DNA from: an uncultured Rikenellaceae bacterium
GTDB lineage: Bacteria > Bacteroidota > Bacteroidia > Bacteroidales > VadinHA17
Reading direction: 5' to 3'
DNA: 64,000 bases
Assembly: GCA_963696805.1 (NCBI GenBank)
Contig: CAVOLF010000009.1
Coordinates: 68,127 to 132,126, forward strand
In this document: one piece after another, positions 28,982 through 37,517 of the stretch
Layout of the letters: each line of letters opens with the position of its first letter
Numbering within the stretch: the first letter of the stretch is position 1
The notes under the pieces: generated by a model
Database searches by the model: none
What the model was told of the DNA's origin: nothing
What the model saw: only the letters and a program-made list of their open reading frames with translations
Program-made: the position numbers and the translations under genes

Positions 28982-30112
28982 ATGGCGAGGGATATTACCG
29001 GTTACATCAGGGAGATGCTTTTCAGACACGATTGTGTCATTATTCCGGGTTTTGGTGCGTTTATAGGGAACTTTTTCCCTGCTCGTGCAGACCGCAGGGA
29101 AGGGCTCTTTCATCCTCCCTCAAGGAAGATAACATTCAACCGTCATCTTACCGGCAATGACGGGTTGCTGATAGGTCACATATCATCAGCTCTCGGCGCC
29201 GGTTACGGCGAAGCCCGCGACATTGTCCTGGAATGGGCTGATGACCTCAGAAGGAAAATCATAGCCGGAAACCCGGTACCCATTGAGCATCTGGGCACCT
29301 TCTCACTCAATTATGAGGGAGCAATAATCTTTGACCCTGACACCACGGTCAATTACCTTCTCTCATCGTACGGCCTGAGCGCCTATCACCGTCAGCCGAT
29401 GCCAGGTTATGACGTCAGGAAGAGGGCCCTTGAGAAACGTCGCGAACCCTCCGTGAACCAGCCTTCGGTAAGAAGCCTGCTCACGAGGGCCGCAGTGATA
29501 ATACCTATCCTGGTAGCCCTGGCCCTTGTGCCCTTCAATGACCATCTCTTCAAGGGAAATATAGAAGAATCAACCCTCAATCCGCTTGCCAGGGCTGAGC
29601 TTGAGTTCAACCGTGCTCAGATAGACGCCGGCACGACAGCAATAATAACAGCCGGGGAGACCGTGACTGCGGAGTCTGTCACGACTGACCCTTCAGGCAC
29701 GGAAAAGAGTGCAGTTCCCGGCCGCACTGATGCGGAAAAGCCAGCGGGATATGATCCTGCAGTCAGCGAGAGACCTGTTCAGCCAACCCCTGCAGTCAGC
29801 GAGAGACCTGTTCAGCCGTCCCCTGCTGTAACTGAGGCAACTGTGCGGCAGCCCGTCAGCCGCCCCTCACAGGCAGTCGTGGTTGAGGAGTACAGGTACC
29901 TGCTGATAATCGGCAGCTTCCAGGGTGAGGATAATGCCCTTACAATGGTCGAGAGCCTGCGCAGGCAGGGTTTTGACCCGGAAGTGGCAGGAGGGCCTGA
30001 CGGCTTCCTGCGCGTCAGCGCACAGTCATATGCCACGCTTGACGAAGCAATAGCAGAACTGGGAAAAGCGAGGAAGAATTACCCGGGCGCATGGGTATGC
30101 AAGAGCAGGTAG
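28982..30112 (+). CDS. HU/CCDC81-like N-terminal domain plus C-terminal SPOR domain protein
   Basis: The start MARDITGYIREMLFRHDCVIIPGFGAFIG is an HU-CCDC81-type N-terminus. It has a TM segment, a Pro/Ser/Val-rich linker with an 11-aa repeat, and a C-terminal YRYLLIIGSFQGEDNALTMVESLRRQGFDPEV (SPOR-like). Confidence 0.6.
   Translation: MARDITGYIREMLFRHDCVIIPGFGAFIGNFFPARADRREGLFHPPSRKITFNRHLTGNDGLLIGHISSALGAGYGEARDIVLEWADDLRRKIIAGNPVPIEHLGTFSLNYEGAIIFDPDTTVNYLLSSYGLSAYHRQPMPGYDVRKRALEKRREPSVNQPSVRSLLTRAAVIIPILVALALVPFNDHLFKGNIEESTLNPLARAELEFNRAQIDAGTTAIITAGETVTAESVTTDPSGTEKSAVPGRTDAEKPAGYDPAVSERPVQPTPAVSERPVQPSPAVTEATVRQPVSRPSQAVVVEEYRYLLIIGSFQGEDNALTMVESLRRQGFDPEVAGGPDGFLRVSAQSYATLDEAIAELGKARKNYPGAWVCKSR
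29756..29836 (+). repeat. in-frame 33-bp tandem repeat (2 full units plus a partial one) in the linker of the SPOR protein
   Basis: cctgcagtcagcgagagacctgttcagcc(aacc/gtcc) occurs twice, encoding PAVSERPVQP(T/S). A degenerate third start (cctgctgtaactgag) follows. Confidence 0.85.
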
Positions 30113-30250
30113 GATTCAGTCGGCAGTCTTCAGTCGGCAATCGGCAGTCGAAATCAGTCAGCAGTTACCAATCGACAATAGGCAGTCAATACGTAGGACT
30201 GAGGACTGAGGACTGAGGACTGAGGACTGAGGACTGAGGACTGCCGACTT
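30113..30250. repeat. largest inverted pair of phase-locked heptanucleotide arrays, (cagtcNN)n then (ggactga)6
   Basis: cagt/caat cores at 30117, 30124, 30131, 30138 and 30145. After a 3-nt phase slip they continue at 30155, 30162, 30169, 30176 and 30183. gactg cores sit at 30197+7k for k=0..7, including six perfect ggactga units. The array fills the spacer from the SPOR-gene stop to the metG stop. Confidence 0.9.
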
Positions 30251-32282
30251 ACTTGACGGGACTTCCGTTTTTTATCTTCTTCTCCGGAACCACAAAGACC
30301 AGCTTGCCGTTCTCATCTTCGGCCAGGAGAACCATTCCTTTCGATTCGATGCCCTTGATGGTACGCGGTGCCAGGTTGACAATGACCGAGATGATCTTGC
30401 CGGGCAGCTCCTCCGGACTGAAGTGTTCGGCTATGCCTGAAACGATAGTGCGTACATCGATTCCCGTGTCAACCTTCAGCTTTATGAGCTTTGCCGTTTT
30501 GGGGACCTTCTCTGCCTCAAGGATGGTGGCAGTGCGGATATCCATGCGAGTGAACTCATCGAAGCTGACATCCTCCTTCTGAGAGATCGCTGCAGCGCTC
30601 TCCGCAGCATTCGCCGTTTTAGTGTCAAGAAGCTTTTTTACCTGTCTCTCAATCTCTTCATCCTCCACCTTGCTGAACATCAGCTCGCCTGAAGAGACCG
30701 TGTGCCCGGGCAGGAGAAGGTCAGACCTGCCGGCAGCATCCCAGCTGAGGCCGGCGATACCCAGCCAGCCTCTCAGCTTATCCATCGAGAAGGGAAGGAA
30801 GGGTTCAAGCAGGATAGCGAGGTTGGCCGTTATCTGAAGTGAGATGTACATTATTGTTTTGACGCGGTCAGGGTCTGTTTTTACCACTTTCCACGGCTCC
30901 GTATCTGCAAGGTATTTGTTGCCGAGGCGTGCCAGGTTCATGGCTTCGGCAAGTGCCTGACGGAATCGGAATGCCTCAAGGTTGCTTTCGACGTTCTCCC
31001 GGCATGTCATGATGGAGTCCACCGTGGCAGTGTCATACTCAGTCATTACCCCCGGAGCCGGTACAGCACCCTTGTAATAATTATTTGTCAGAACCAGGGT
31101 ACGGTTCACGAAGTTGCCGAGGATGGCAACAAGCTCGTTATTGTTCCGCGCCTGGAACTCCTTCCAGGTGAAGTCGTTGTCTTTGGTCTCCGGGGCGCTG
31201 GCGCAGAGGGCATACCGCAGAGAGTCCTGCTTACCCGGAAAGTCAACGAGGTACTCGTGCAGCCAGACGGCCCAGTTGCGTGACGTGGAGATCTTGTCCG
31301 ACTCGAGGTTCAGGAACTCATTGGCAGGCACATTGTCAGGAAGGATATAGCTTCCCTCTGCCTTGAGCATTGCAGGGAAGATGATACAGTGAAAGACGAT
31401 ATTGTCCTTGCCGATAAAGTGGATCATGCGTGTCTCAGGGTCTTTCCAGTATTTCTCCCAGTCGGGGGTCAGTTCCCTCGTTGCGGAGATGTATCCTATT
31501 GGAGCGTCAAACCATACATAAAGGACTTTTCCTTCCGCTCCTTCAACGGGTACGGGCACGCCCCAGTCGAGGTCACGGCTGACAGCCCTGGGCTGCAGTC
31601 CCTGGTCGAGCCACGACTTGCACTGGCCGTATACGTTGCTCTTCCATTCGGTATGCTCGTCGAGGATCCATTTTCTTAACCAGGGCTCATATTTATCGAG
31701 AGGCAGGTACCAGTGGAGCGTGTCACGCATCACCGGCGCACTGCCGCTGATGGTTGAACGGGGGTTGATAAGATCGGTCGGACTGAGTGATGTGCCGCAC
31801 TTCTCGCACTGGTCGCCGTAGGCATTTTCATTGGAGCAATGAGGACAGGTACCGGTGATATACCTGTCTGCCAGGAAGCAGCCGGCCTCCTCATCATAGT
31901 ACTGGCTGGCGGTCTTCTCAATGAATTCACCCTGGTCATACAGCTTGCGGAAGAACTGAGAGGCAGTCTCGTAGTGTATTTTATTGGATGTGCGTGAATA
32001 GATGTCAAATGATATTCCGAAGTCGCTGAAGGCTTTCTTGTTGAGTTCATGATAGCGGTCAACCACCTCCTGCGGTGTGATGCCCTCCTTCCGTGCCTTG
32101 AGGGTGATGGGCACTCCGTGTTCGTCTGATCCGCAGATGGAGATGACATCCTCGCCGCGCATCCGCAGGTAACGGGTATAGATGTCCGACGGCACATAAA
32201 CACCTGCCAGGTGGCCGATATGTATTGGTCCGTTGGCATACGGCAGGGCTGATGTGATAAGGTGACGCTTGTACTTCTTCAT
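30249..32282 (-). CDS. metG: methionine--tRNA ligase
   Basis: Starts [27 protein letters not shown] (HIGH motif). It has a zinc knuckle ([18 protein letters not shown]), a KMSKS-like ISTSR region and a C-terminal EMAP/Trbp111-like tRNA-binding domain. The start is taken at the internal ATG at 32282. Confidence 0.95.
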   Translation of the reverse strand: MKKYKRHLITSALPYANGPIHIGHLAGVYVPSDIYTRYLRMRGEDVISICGSDEHGVPITLKARKEGITPQEVVDRYHELNKKAFSDFGISFDIYSRTSNKIHYETASQFFRKLYDQGEFIEKTASQYYDEEAGCFLADRYITGTCPHCSNENAYGDQCEKCGTSLSPTDLINPRSTISGSAPVMRDTLHWYLPLDKYEPWLRKWILDEHTEWKSNVYGQCKSWLDQGLQPRAVSRDLDWGVPVPVEGAEGKVLYVWFDAPIGYISATRELTPDWEKYWKDPETRMIHFIGKDNIVFHCIIFPAMLKAEGSYILPDNVPANEFLNLESDKISTSRNWAVWLHEYLVDFPGKQDSLRYALCASAPETKDNDFTWKEFQARNNNELVAILGNFVNRTLVLTNNYYKGAVPAPGVMTEYDTATVDSIMTCRENVESNLEAFRFRQALAEAMNLARLGNKYLADTEPWKVVKTDPDRVKTIMYISLQITANLAILLEPFLPFSMDKLRGWLGIAGLSWDAAGRSDLLLPGHTVSSGELMFSKVEDEEIERQVKKLLDTKTANAAESAAAISQKEDVSFDEFTRMDIRTATILEAEKVPKTAKLIKLKVDTGIDVRTIVSGIAEHFSPEELPGKIISVIVNLAPRTIKGIESKGMVLLAEDENGKLVFVVPEKKIKNGSPVK

Positions 32283-32350
32283 CTGTGACAGGATGTTACT
32301 GTGGTTAACCCGGCAAATATAATGATTTTGGAGTTCAGCCCGGTTGGCAA

Positions 32351-33205
32351 TCACCCCTCATGGCCGAACGCAGTCAGCACTTCATGCATATATGTCCTTG
32401 AAACAGGTACTATTGAGGGAGGGATGCTGTCGAGCTCGAGCGCCAGCCCCTCCTTTTCCCTGCGGATCAGTTTGACCTTTTCAACATTCACCAGGTAGGA
32501 GCGGTGGCAACGGATGATGGACTCCCGTTTCAGCTCATCCTCCATGGTCCTGAGTGTATTGCGGAGCATGAACTTGGTTATCTTGTTCTGTGCCTGGTAC
32601 CAGACGGTGACGTAGTTGTCGCTGCCTTGCATATACAGTATATCGGAGTGCTTCAGCGACATCCTCAGTACCCCCTTCTCATCCCTGAGGGGAATCATTG
32701 GCTTCTGGCCCGGCCCCTCTGCCTGCTCCCTTATCCCGGTAAGTTTGAGTTTGCTGTCATTCCACGAGAACCAGAGCCAGAGCATTATGTAGGGAAGAGC
32801 CAGGGTGAGTGAGGTGTGACGCACTGACCTCCCGAGAAGCTCGGAAAAGCTACGGGTATCATCAAGTATCACGATCTCAAAAAAAGTGAAAAAGAGTGCC
32901 ATAGACAATATCTCCGCCGCAACCCAGACCAGGTAGTGCCATACTCTCAGCTGCAGGCCCCGGCGGACGGAGTGGTACATGATCACCCTGCTGACGGCGA
33001 CCACAAGTACACCGGAAAGGATAACCCCGCTGGCATAAATGAAGAGCGTCGGTGTTGAGACCTCAAACCATGTTGTCACCCCGAAGGGAGTGTATATGTT
33101 AAGGAAGAGCAACGCAAAACCTGCCGTAAACAGGATTGTCGTAACGATATTGCCCTTTTCCGTAAAGTAACCCGGCAGTCTGTAATTCAGATCGATGTTC
33201 ATCAC
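32351..33205 (-). CDS. membrane-anchored LytTR-family DNA-binding protein
   Basis: Four N-terminal TM helices and a C-terminal LytTR signature ([15 protein letters not shown]...[14 protein letters not shown]). Confidence 0.75.
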   Translation of the reverse strand: MMNIDLNYRLPGYFTEKGNIVTTILFTAGFALLFLNIYTPFGVTTWFEVSTPTLFIYASGVILSGVLVVAVSRVIMYHSVRRGLQLRVWHYLVWVAAEILSMALFFTFFEIVILDDTRSFSELLGRSVRHTSLTLALPYIMLWLWFSWNDSKLKLTGIREQAEGPGQKPMIPLRDEKGVLRMSLKHSDILYMQGSDNYVTVWYQAQNKITKFMLRNTLRTMEDELKRESIIRCHRSYLVNVEKVKLIRREKEGLALELDSIPPSIVPVSRTYMHEVLTAFGHEG

Positions 33206-33393
33206 ACGGCTTTCAGGAGCAAATTTAACACTTTTGGCGAAGTAAGGTTTTCAGGTGAAAATCAGCCGTCGTATTTCACCCCTTATGGGCCATTTTTACC
33301 CCTGATAGCAGGGTTATGACCCCCGGGAGGGGCGGGGGCACCTATTTTTTTGTCACCCTGTCCGAATCTGTTTTGTTTGCAGAAAAATCTATC

Positions 33394-34545
33394 ATGGGAT
33401 ACACTCAGCAGGAGAGGGAATTTGCGGTATACTTCAGGGGGGGAGTGGAGGATGGCTATGTACCGGGTACCGGGATACGGATTGTTAGTGAGGTATTTCA
33501 TTCGTCTGGCAGTTACCGCTATTCTGACGGAAAGAATGTAGCATCCATTTTCAATTCTCTTTTCAGATCGAAGGAGCTGGAGCATTCAAATGACGATTTC
33601 CGTTATTATCTCCTTATCCCTGATGGCAGTGCCGGCAGGGGCGCCATCATCCTCCTTCACGGCCTCAATGAGCGAAGCTGGAACAAGTACATGCAGTGGG
33701 GCATGAGGCTGGCTTCTGATACCGGCAGGCCCGTTGTGCTCTTCCCGAGTGCCTACCATATGAACCGTTCGCCACGCAGCTGGATAGACAGGCATCTGAT
33801 GACGCCTCTGGTGACGGCGCGTACCACCATGCTGCCTGACACACAACTGTCAACGTTCGTCAACGTGGCACTGAGCACCCGAATGTCTTCATCGCCACAG
33901 CGCTTCCTTCTCTCGGGGTACCAGACCCTGAGGGACCTCGCCAGCCTGACCGGCACCGTCAGGGAGGGCTCTCACCCGCATCTGCCGGGAGGAGGTCCAG
34001 TTGACATATTTGCCTATTCGATAGGGGCCCTGGCCGCGCAGGTGATGATGCTGTCCAGGCCATCACTTCTGCCCGCGGAGAGCCGCATGCTGCTCTTCTG
34101 CGGAGGCAGTGCGTTCGGCCTTATGAACGGCACCTCGAAGCTCATCATGGACAGCAGGGCTTTCGAGAGACTGGTGACATTCTATCTCGAATGGCCGGAC
34201 GATAAGATGAGCAGGGATGGCGACCTGTTTATGCAGATACTGAATGGCACGCCTGAGGGAGAGGCTTTCTATGCCATGACTTCGCTCAGCAGGCTGAAGG
34301 ATATCTCAGGAACACCATTCGTAAACACCGGAGGAAAACTCAAGGCCATAACGTTTGCCGGTGACAGGGTGATACCTGCAGAGGCCGTGTCGGCCACGCT
34401 GCAGGGCGCTGACGCTGAGGTATGGTCTCCCGACTATCCCTTTACACATGAAAATCCTTTTCCCGTGCTCGCCGGAGACAGGTCTTGCGAGGTTGACAGG
34501 ACTTTCGACCGGCTCTTCACGACGGCGGCCGGATTTTTCTCATAA
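33394..34545 (+). CDS. alpha/beta-hydrolase-fold protein of unknown specificity
   Basis: Contains AIILLHGLNERSW and a nucleophile-elbow-like FAYSIGAL. The start is taken at MGYTQQ. Confidence 0.45.
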   Translation: MGYTQQEREFAVYFRGGVEDGYVPGTGIRIVSEVFHSSGSYRYSDGKNVASIFNSLFRSKELEHSNDDFRYYLLIPDGSAGRGAIILLHGLNERSWNKYMQWGMRLASDTGRPVVLFPSAYHMNRSPRSWIDRHLMTPLVTARTTMLPDTQLSTFVNVALSTRMSSSPQRFLLSGYQTLRDLASLTGTVREGSHPHLPGGGPVDIFAYSIGALAAQVMMLSRPSLLPAESRMLLFCGGSAFGLMNGTSKLIMDSRAFERLVTFYLEWPDDKMSRDGDLFMQILNGTPEGEAFYAMTSLSRLKDISGTPFVNTGGKLKAITFAGDRVIPAEAVSATLQGADAEVWSPDYPFTHENPFPVLAGDRSCEVDRTFDRLFTTAAGFFS

Positions 34546-34584
34546 AATGGCTACATTTGGTACTGCCAAATCAAAAGACATGTC

Positions 34585-35496
34585 ATGAAAGCTCTTGTAA
34601 TTCCGCCATATCTTGATGAGGGAGACCTGATAACAATCGTCACGCCTGCAAGTCACATTGATCAGGATGTTGTTCAGGATGCCGTGAAGTTGCTTGAAAA
34701 GTCAGGATTCATGGTGGCCCTGGGTAAGCATGTATTTACCAGAAGCGGGCCTTTTTCGGGAAGCGACGATGAGAGGCTTCATGATCTGCAGAAGGCAACC
34801 GATGATCGCCAGACAAAAGCAGTGCTCTGCTCCAGGGGCGGATATGGCATGTCAAGGATAGTGGACAGGATAGATTTTTCCGTGCTGAAGAGGCACCCCA
34901 AGTGGTACGTGGGTTACAGCGATATCACCTCATTGCACCTGTGGCTGAACAGGGTATGCGGTATAGCCTCGCTTCATGCTGAGATGCCTCTGAACTACAC
35001 CAATCCTGAATGCTCCCCGCTGTGCTATGATACCATGGTAATGGCACTGAAGGGCGAGGCGGAGCCCGTGAGATGGACAGCCCCGCACCAGGCGTCATTC
35101 ACCGTCACCGGACCGGTCACGGGTGGAAACATATCACTTATCTACAGCCTGAACGGAACGGTGGCTCAGCCTGACACCGAGGGGGCGATACTCTTCATAG
35201 AAGAGATAGGAGAGAAGTTCTATCATGTTGACCGGATGCTCACGGCGATGCGCATGACGGGAATGTTGAAAAACCTCTCCGCCCTGCTGGTCGGAGGGAT
35301 GGAAAAGATCACGGAGGGAGAGCATGTCTTCAATCAGACCGTTGAGGAGGTGGTTATGAATGTTGCCGGCGGTTACGGTTATCCGGTGCTCTTCAATTTC
35401 CCGGCCGGGCATATAAGTGACAACAGGGCGATCTACCTCGGCCGCGCTGCGCAGATCAGCCAGTCGGGCAGGGAGGCTGTCCTGAGCTGGCATTAA
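34585..35496 (+). CDS. ldcA: LD-carboxypeptidase (peptidase S66, muramoyl-tetrapeptide carboxypeptidase type)
   Basis: Contains CSRGGYG, the GYSDITSLH nucleophile motif and a C-terminal FPAGH. Confidence 0.8.
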   Translation: MKALVIPPYLDEGDLITIVTPASHIDQDVVQDAVKLLEKSGFMVALGKHVFTRSGPFSGSDDERLHDLQKATDDRQTKAVLCSRGGYGMSRIVDRIDFSVLKRHPKWYVGYSDITSLHLWLNRVCGIASLHAEMPLNYTNPECSPLCYDTMVMALKGEAEPVRWTAPHQASFTVTGPVTGGNISLIYSLNGTVAQPDTEGAILFIEEIGEKFYHVDRMLTAMRMTGMLKNLSALLVGGMEKITEGEHVFNQTVEEVVMNVAGGYGYPVLFNFPAGHISDNRAIYLGRAAQISQSGREAVLSWH

Positions 35497-35563
35497 CCTG
35501 CCGGCTGTTGCCATAGCTCATTGTTGATGACCAACATTGGCAGGTATATTGCATCAGGAATTT

Positions 35564-35592
35564 GCGATTATGACTGCCGACTGGTGACTGCC
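35564..35592. repeat. one-armed heptanucleotide array (cgattat gactgcc gactggt gactgcc)
   Basis: gactg cores at 35572, 35579 and 35586, preceded in phase by a cgatt unit. I found no complementary cagtc arm nearby. Confidence 0.55.
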
Positions 35593-35624
35593 AACGGCCT
35601 ACCCTACAATCTGGCTGCTTCGCT

Positions 35625-35647
35625 CAAATGACCCACCGGGTCATTTG
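35625..35647. terminator. 10-bp perfect hairpin in a convergent spacer (weak terminator candidate)
   Basis: caaatgaccc (35625-35634) pairs with gggtcatttg (35638-35647) around a 3-nt loop. Only a short T run (tt) follows. Confidence 0.35.
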
Positions 35648-35666
35648 TTAACGCTCGCCCCTCTAT

Positions 35667-35687
35667 TGCCTACTGCCTGTTGCCTCT
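35667..35687. repeat. three-unit heptanucleotide array tgcctac tgcctgt tgcctct abutting the stop of the downstream minus-strand gene
   Basis: tgcct cores at 35667, 35674 and 35681. A similar ctactgcc tacttac word occurs at 43066-43079. Confidence 0.5.
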
Positions 35688-35690
35688 TAT

Positions 35691-36887
35691 TCAGAATGCT
35701 GCCAGCAGCAGGTTGATATCCTTTGACAGTATCCCGAACTTCTGGCCGAGCACCTCGTTGGTGAGGATGCCGTTAAAGACGTACACACCGTCACGCAGTC
35801 CGTTGTTGAACTTGAGCATCGGGGTAATGCCTCCTGCGTCGGCTATCTCCTGCATCAGCGGCCTGAAGACGTTACTCAGCGCAATGGAGGCTGTCTTGGG
35901 AACGCGTGAGGGGAGGTTCCACGCCGAATAGTGTATCACTCCGTGCTTTTCGTAGATAGGATCCTTTATTGCCCTCGGCTCGGCCGTCTCGACGCATCCC
36001 CCCGTGTCTACGCTGAGGTCAACGATAACAGATCCGCGTTTCATCCCCTGGACCATCTCTTCGGTCACATAGAACCATGGCCTCAGGATATCCGTTGAGA
36101 GAGCCCCTATCAGCACATCGGCTGATTTCAGCGCTTTCTGAAGTACCTGCGGATGGAAGGTGGAGGTATAGAGCCTCTGTCCGAGCATATTCTGGAAATT
36201 GCGAAGGCGGTGCACCGAGGAGTCGAACACCCTGACTATGGCTCCCAGGCCCAGGGCAGCACGGGCAGCAAATTCACCGGCTGTGTTGGCTCCAATTATT
36301 ACAACTTCCGTCGGTGTCACCCCGGTCACCCCGCCGAGCATCACGCCCTTGCCTCCCGAGGTGGTGCTCAGGTATTCCGAAGCGAGGAGAACCGACGTGA
36401 TACCGCTTATCTCGCTCATCGATTCAACAACGGGGAACATGCCGTCGCTGTCTTTTATCCTTTCACTTGCCAGTGCGGTAACGCGTTTGCGCATCATCTG
36501 CGAGAGCGTCTCCTCTCCCATGGTGGCAGCATTCATGAATGAGATGACTATCTGCCCGCCCCTGAGCATGGAGGCCTCCTTCTGGGTGAAGGGGGCTATC
36601 TTTATGACGATGTCACAACCGTATATCTGTTGCGATGTGTCGGCCACAATGGCTCCGTTGTCACTGTACTCCCTGTCTGAGAAGCCGGCATTCGCACCGG
36701 CGCCGGTCTCCATAAAGACCTCATGGCCGGCATCGGTGAGTATCTTGACGGCTTCAGGGGTGAGAGCAATGCGTTTCTCGTCATCGAGAACGTCATGCGG
36801 CATTCCAACAGACATCTGCCGCCTGCTCACGGCTTTCTCAATAAGCTCTTCCCGCGGCATGAACGCGCTTCTTGACGGTTCACTCAT
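35691..36887 (-). CDS. alanine dehydrogenase / PNT-family NAD(P)-dependent oxidoreductase
   Basis: The N-terminal AlaDh_PNT domain starts with EKRIALTPEAVKIL. The Rossmann motif is VVIIGANTAGEFAAR. 398 aa. Confidence 0.7.
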   Translation of the reverse strand: MSEPSRSAFMPREELIEKAVSRRQMSVGMPHDVLDDEKRIALTPEAVKILTDAGHEVFMETGAGANAGFSDREYSDNGAIVADTSQQIYGCDIVIKIAPFTQKEASMLRGGQIVISFMNAATMGEETLSQMMRKRVTALASERIKDSDGMFPVVESMSEISGITSVLLASEYLSTTSGGKGVMLGGVTGVTPTEVVIIGANTAGEFAARAALGLGAIVRVFDSSVHRLRNFQNMLGQRLYTSTFHPQVLQKALKSADVLIGALSTDILRPWFYVTEEMVQGMKRGSVIVDLSVDTGGCVETAEPRAIKDPIYEKHGVIHYSAWNLPSRVPKTASIALSNVFRPLMQEIADAGGITPMLKFNNGLRDGVYVFNGILTNEVLGQKFGILSKDINLLLAAF

Positions 36888-37005
36888 CTGGCTTCGTTTT
36901 AAGGGTTAAACGGAAGTTGATTAACAGCAGATCAAATTTAATATTTTAATCGGAGAGAAAGCAAATGGCCCCGGATAATTAAGAGAGTCCTGATGATCCA
37001 GGCCG

Positions 37006-37120
37006 ATGGTCTCGATGATCCTGTTGCCGTCACCCCTTGATGGGGTCCATGGTCTCGATGATTCTGTTGCCGTCACCCCTTGATGGGGTCCATGGTCTCG
37101 ATGATCCTGCTGCCGTTACC
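37006..37120. repeat. 43-bp tandem repeat, about 2.7 copies, spanning the 3' end and stop codon of tsaE
   Basis: Copies at 37006-37048 and 37049-37091 are 42/43 identical. A partial third copy at 37092-37120 matches 27/29 and lies inside the CDS. Confidence 0.9.
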
Positions 37121-37501
37121 GGTGACGGTTATTGACAGTCTGAGTGTTTCGGGCGGCAGCAGCGGCTCGATGAGCTCCGGCCATTCCATGAAACACGGAG
37201 AGGCAGAATCAAAGTACTCCTCTATGCCGAAGTCGAGCACCTCGGAGATTTTTTTTATCCTGTAGAAATCGATGTGGTAGACAGGCAGGTTACCGGGGCG
37301 CCTGTATTCATTGATGAGGGTGAAGGTGGGGCTGGTGACGGTGTCGGCGACACCCAACTCATGGCATAATGCCCTGATGAAGGTGGTTTTGCCTGATCCC
37401 ATCTGCCCGTAGAAGGCGAATATCCTTTTGTCTGCCGTCTCCCTGAGGAAGTGTTTTGCCGCGTCGCGCAGCCGGCTCTTGTCAGTTATCACGATCTTCA
37501 T
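37073..37501 (-). CDS. tsaE: tRNA t6A37 biosynthesis ATPase TsaE
   Basis: Contains FAFYGQMGSGKTTFIRAL (P-loop) and SPTFTLINEY...YHIDFYR. The start is taken at MKIVITD. Confidence 0.85.
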   Translation of the reverse strand: MKIVITDKSRLRDAAKHFLRETADKRIFAFYGQMGSGKTTFIRALCHELGVADTVTSPTFTLINEYRRPGNLPVYHIDFYRIKKISEVLDFGIEEYFDSASPCFMEWPELIEPLLPPETLRLSITVTGNGSRIIETMDPIKG

Positions 37502-37517
37502 GCGGCAAAAATAGCTT

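Noticed and set aside
30113-30250. Possibility that the short tandem arrays are CRISPR arrays or minisatellite coding repeats
   Set aside because: The units are 7 nt with no unique spacers, and no cas genes are in the window. The period is not a multiple of 3 and no ORF spans the arrays.
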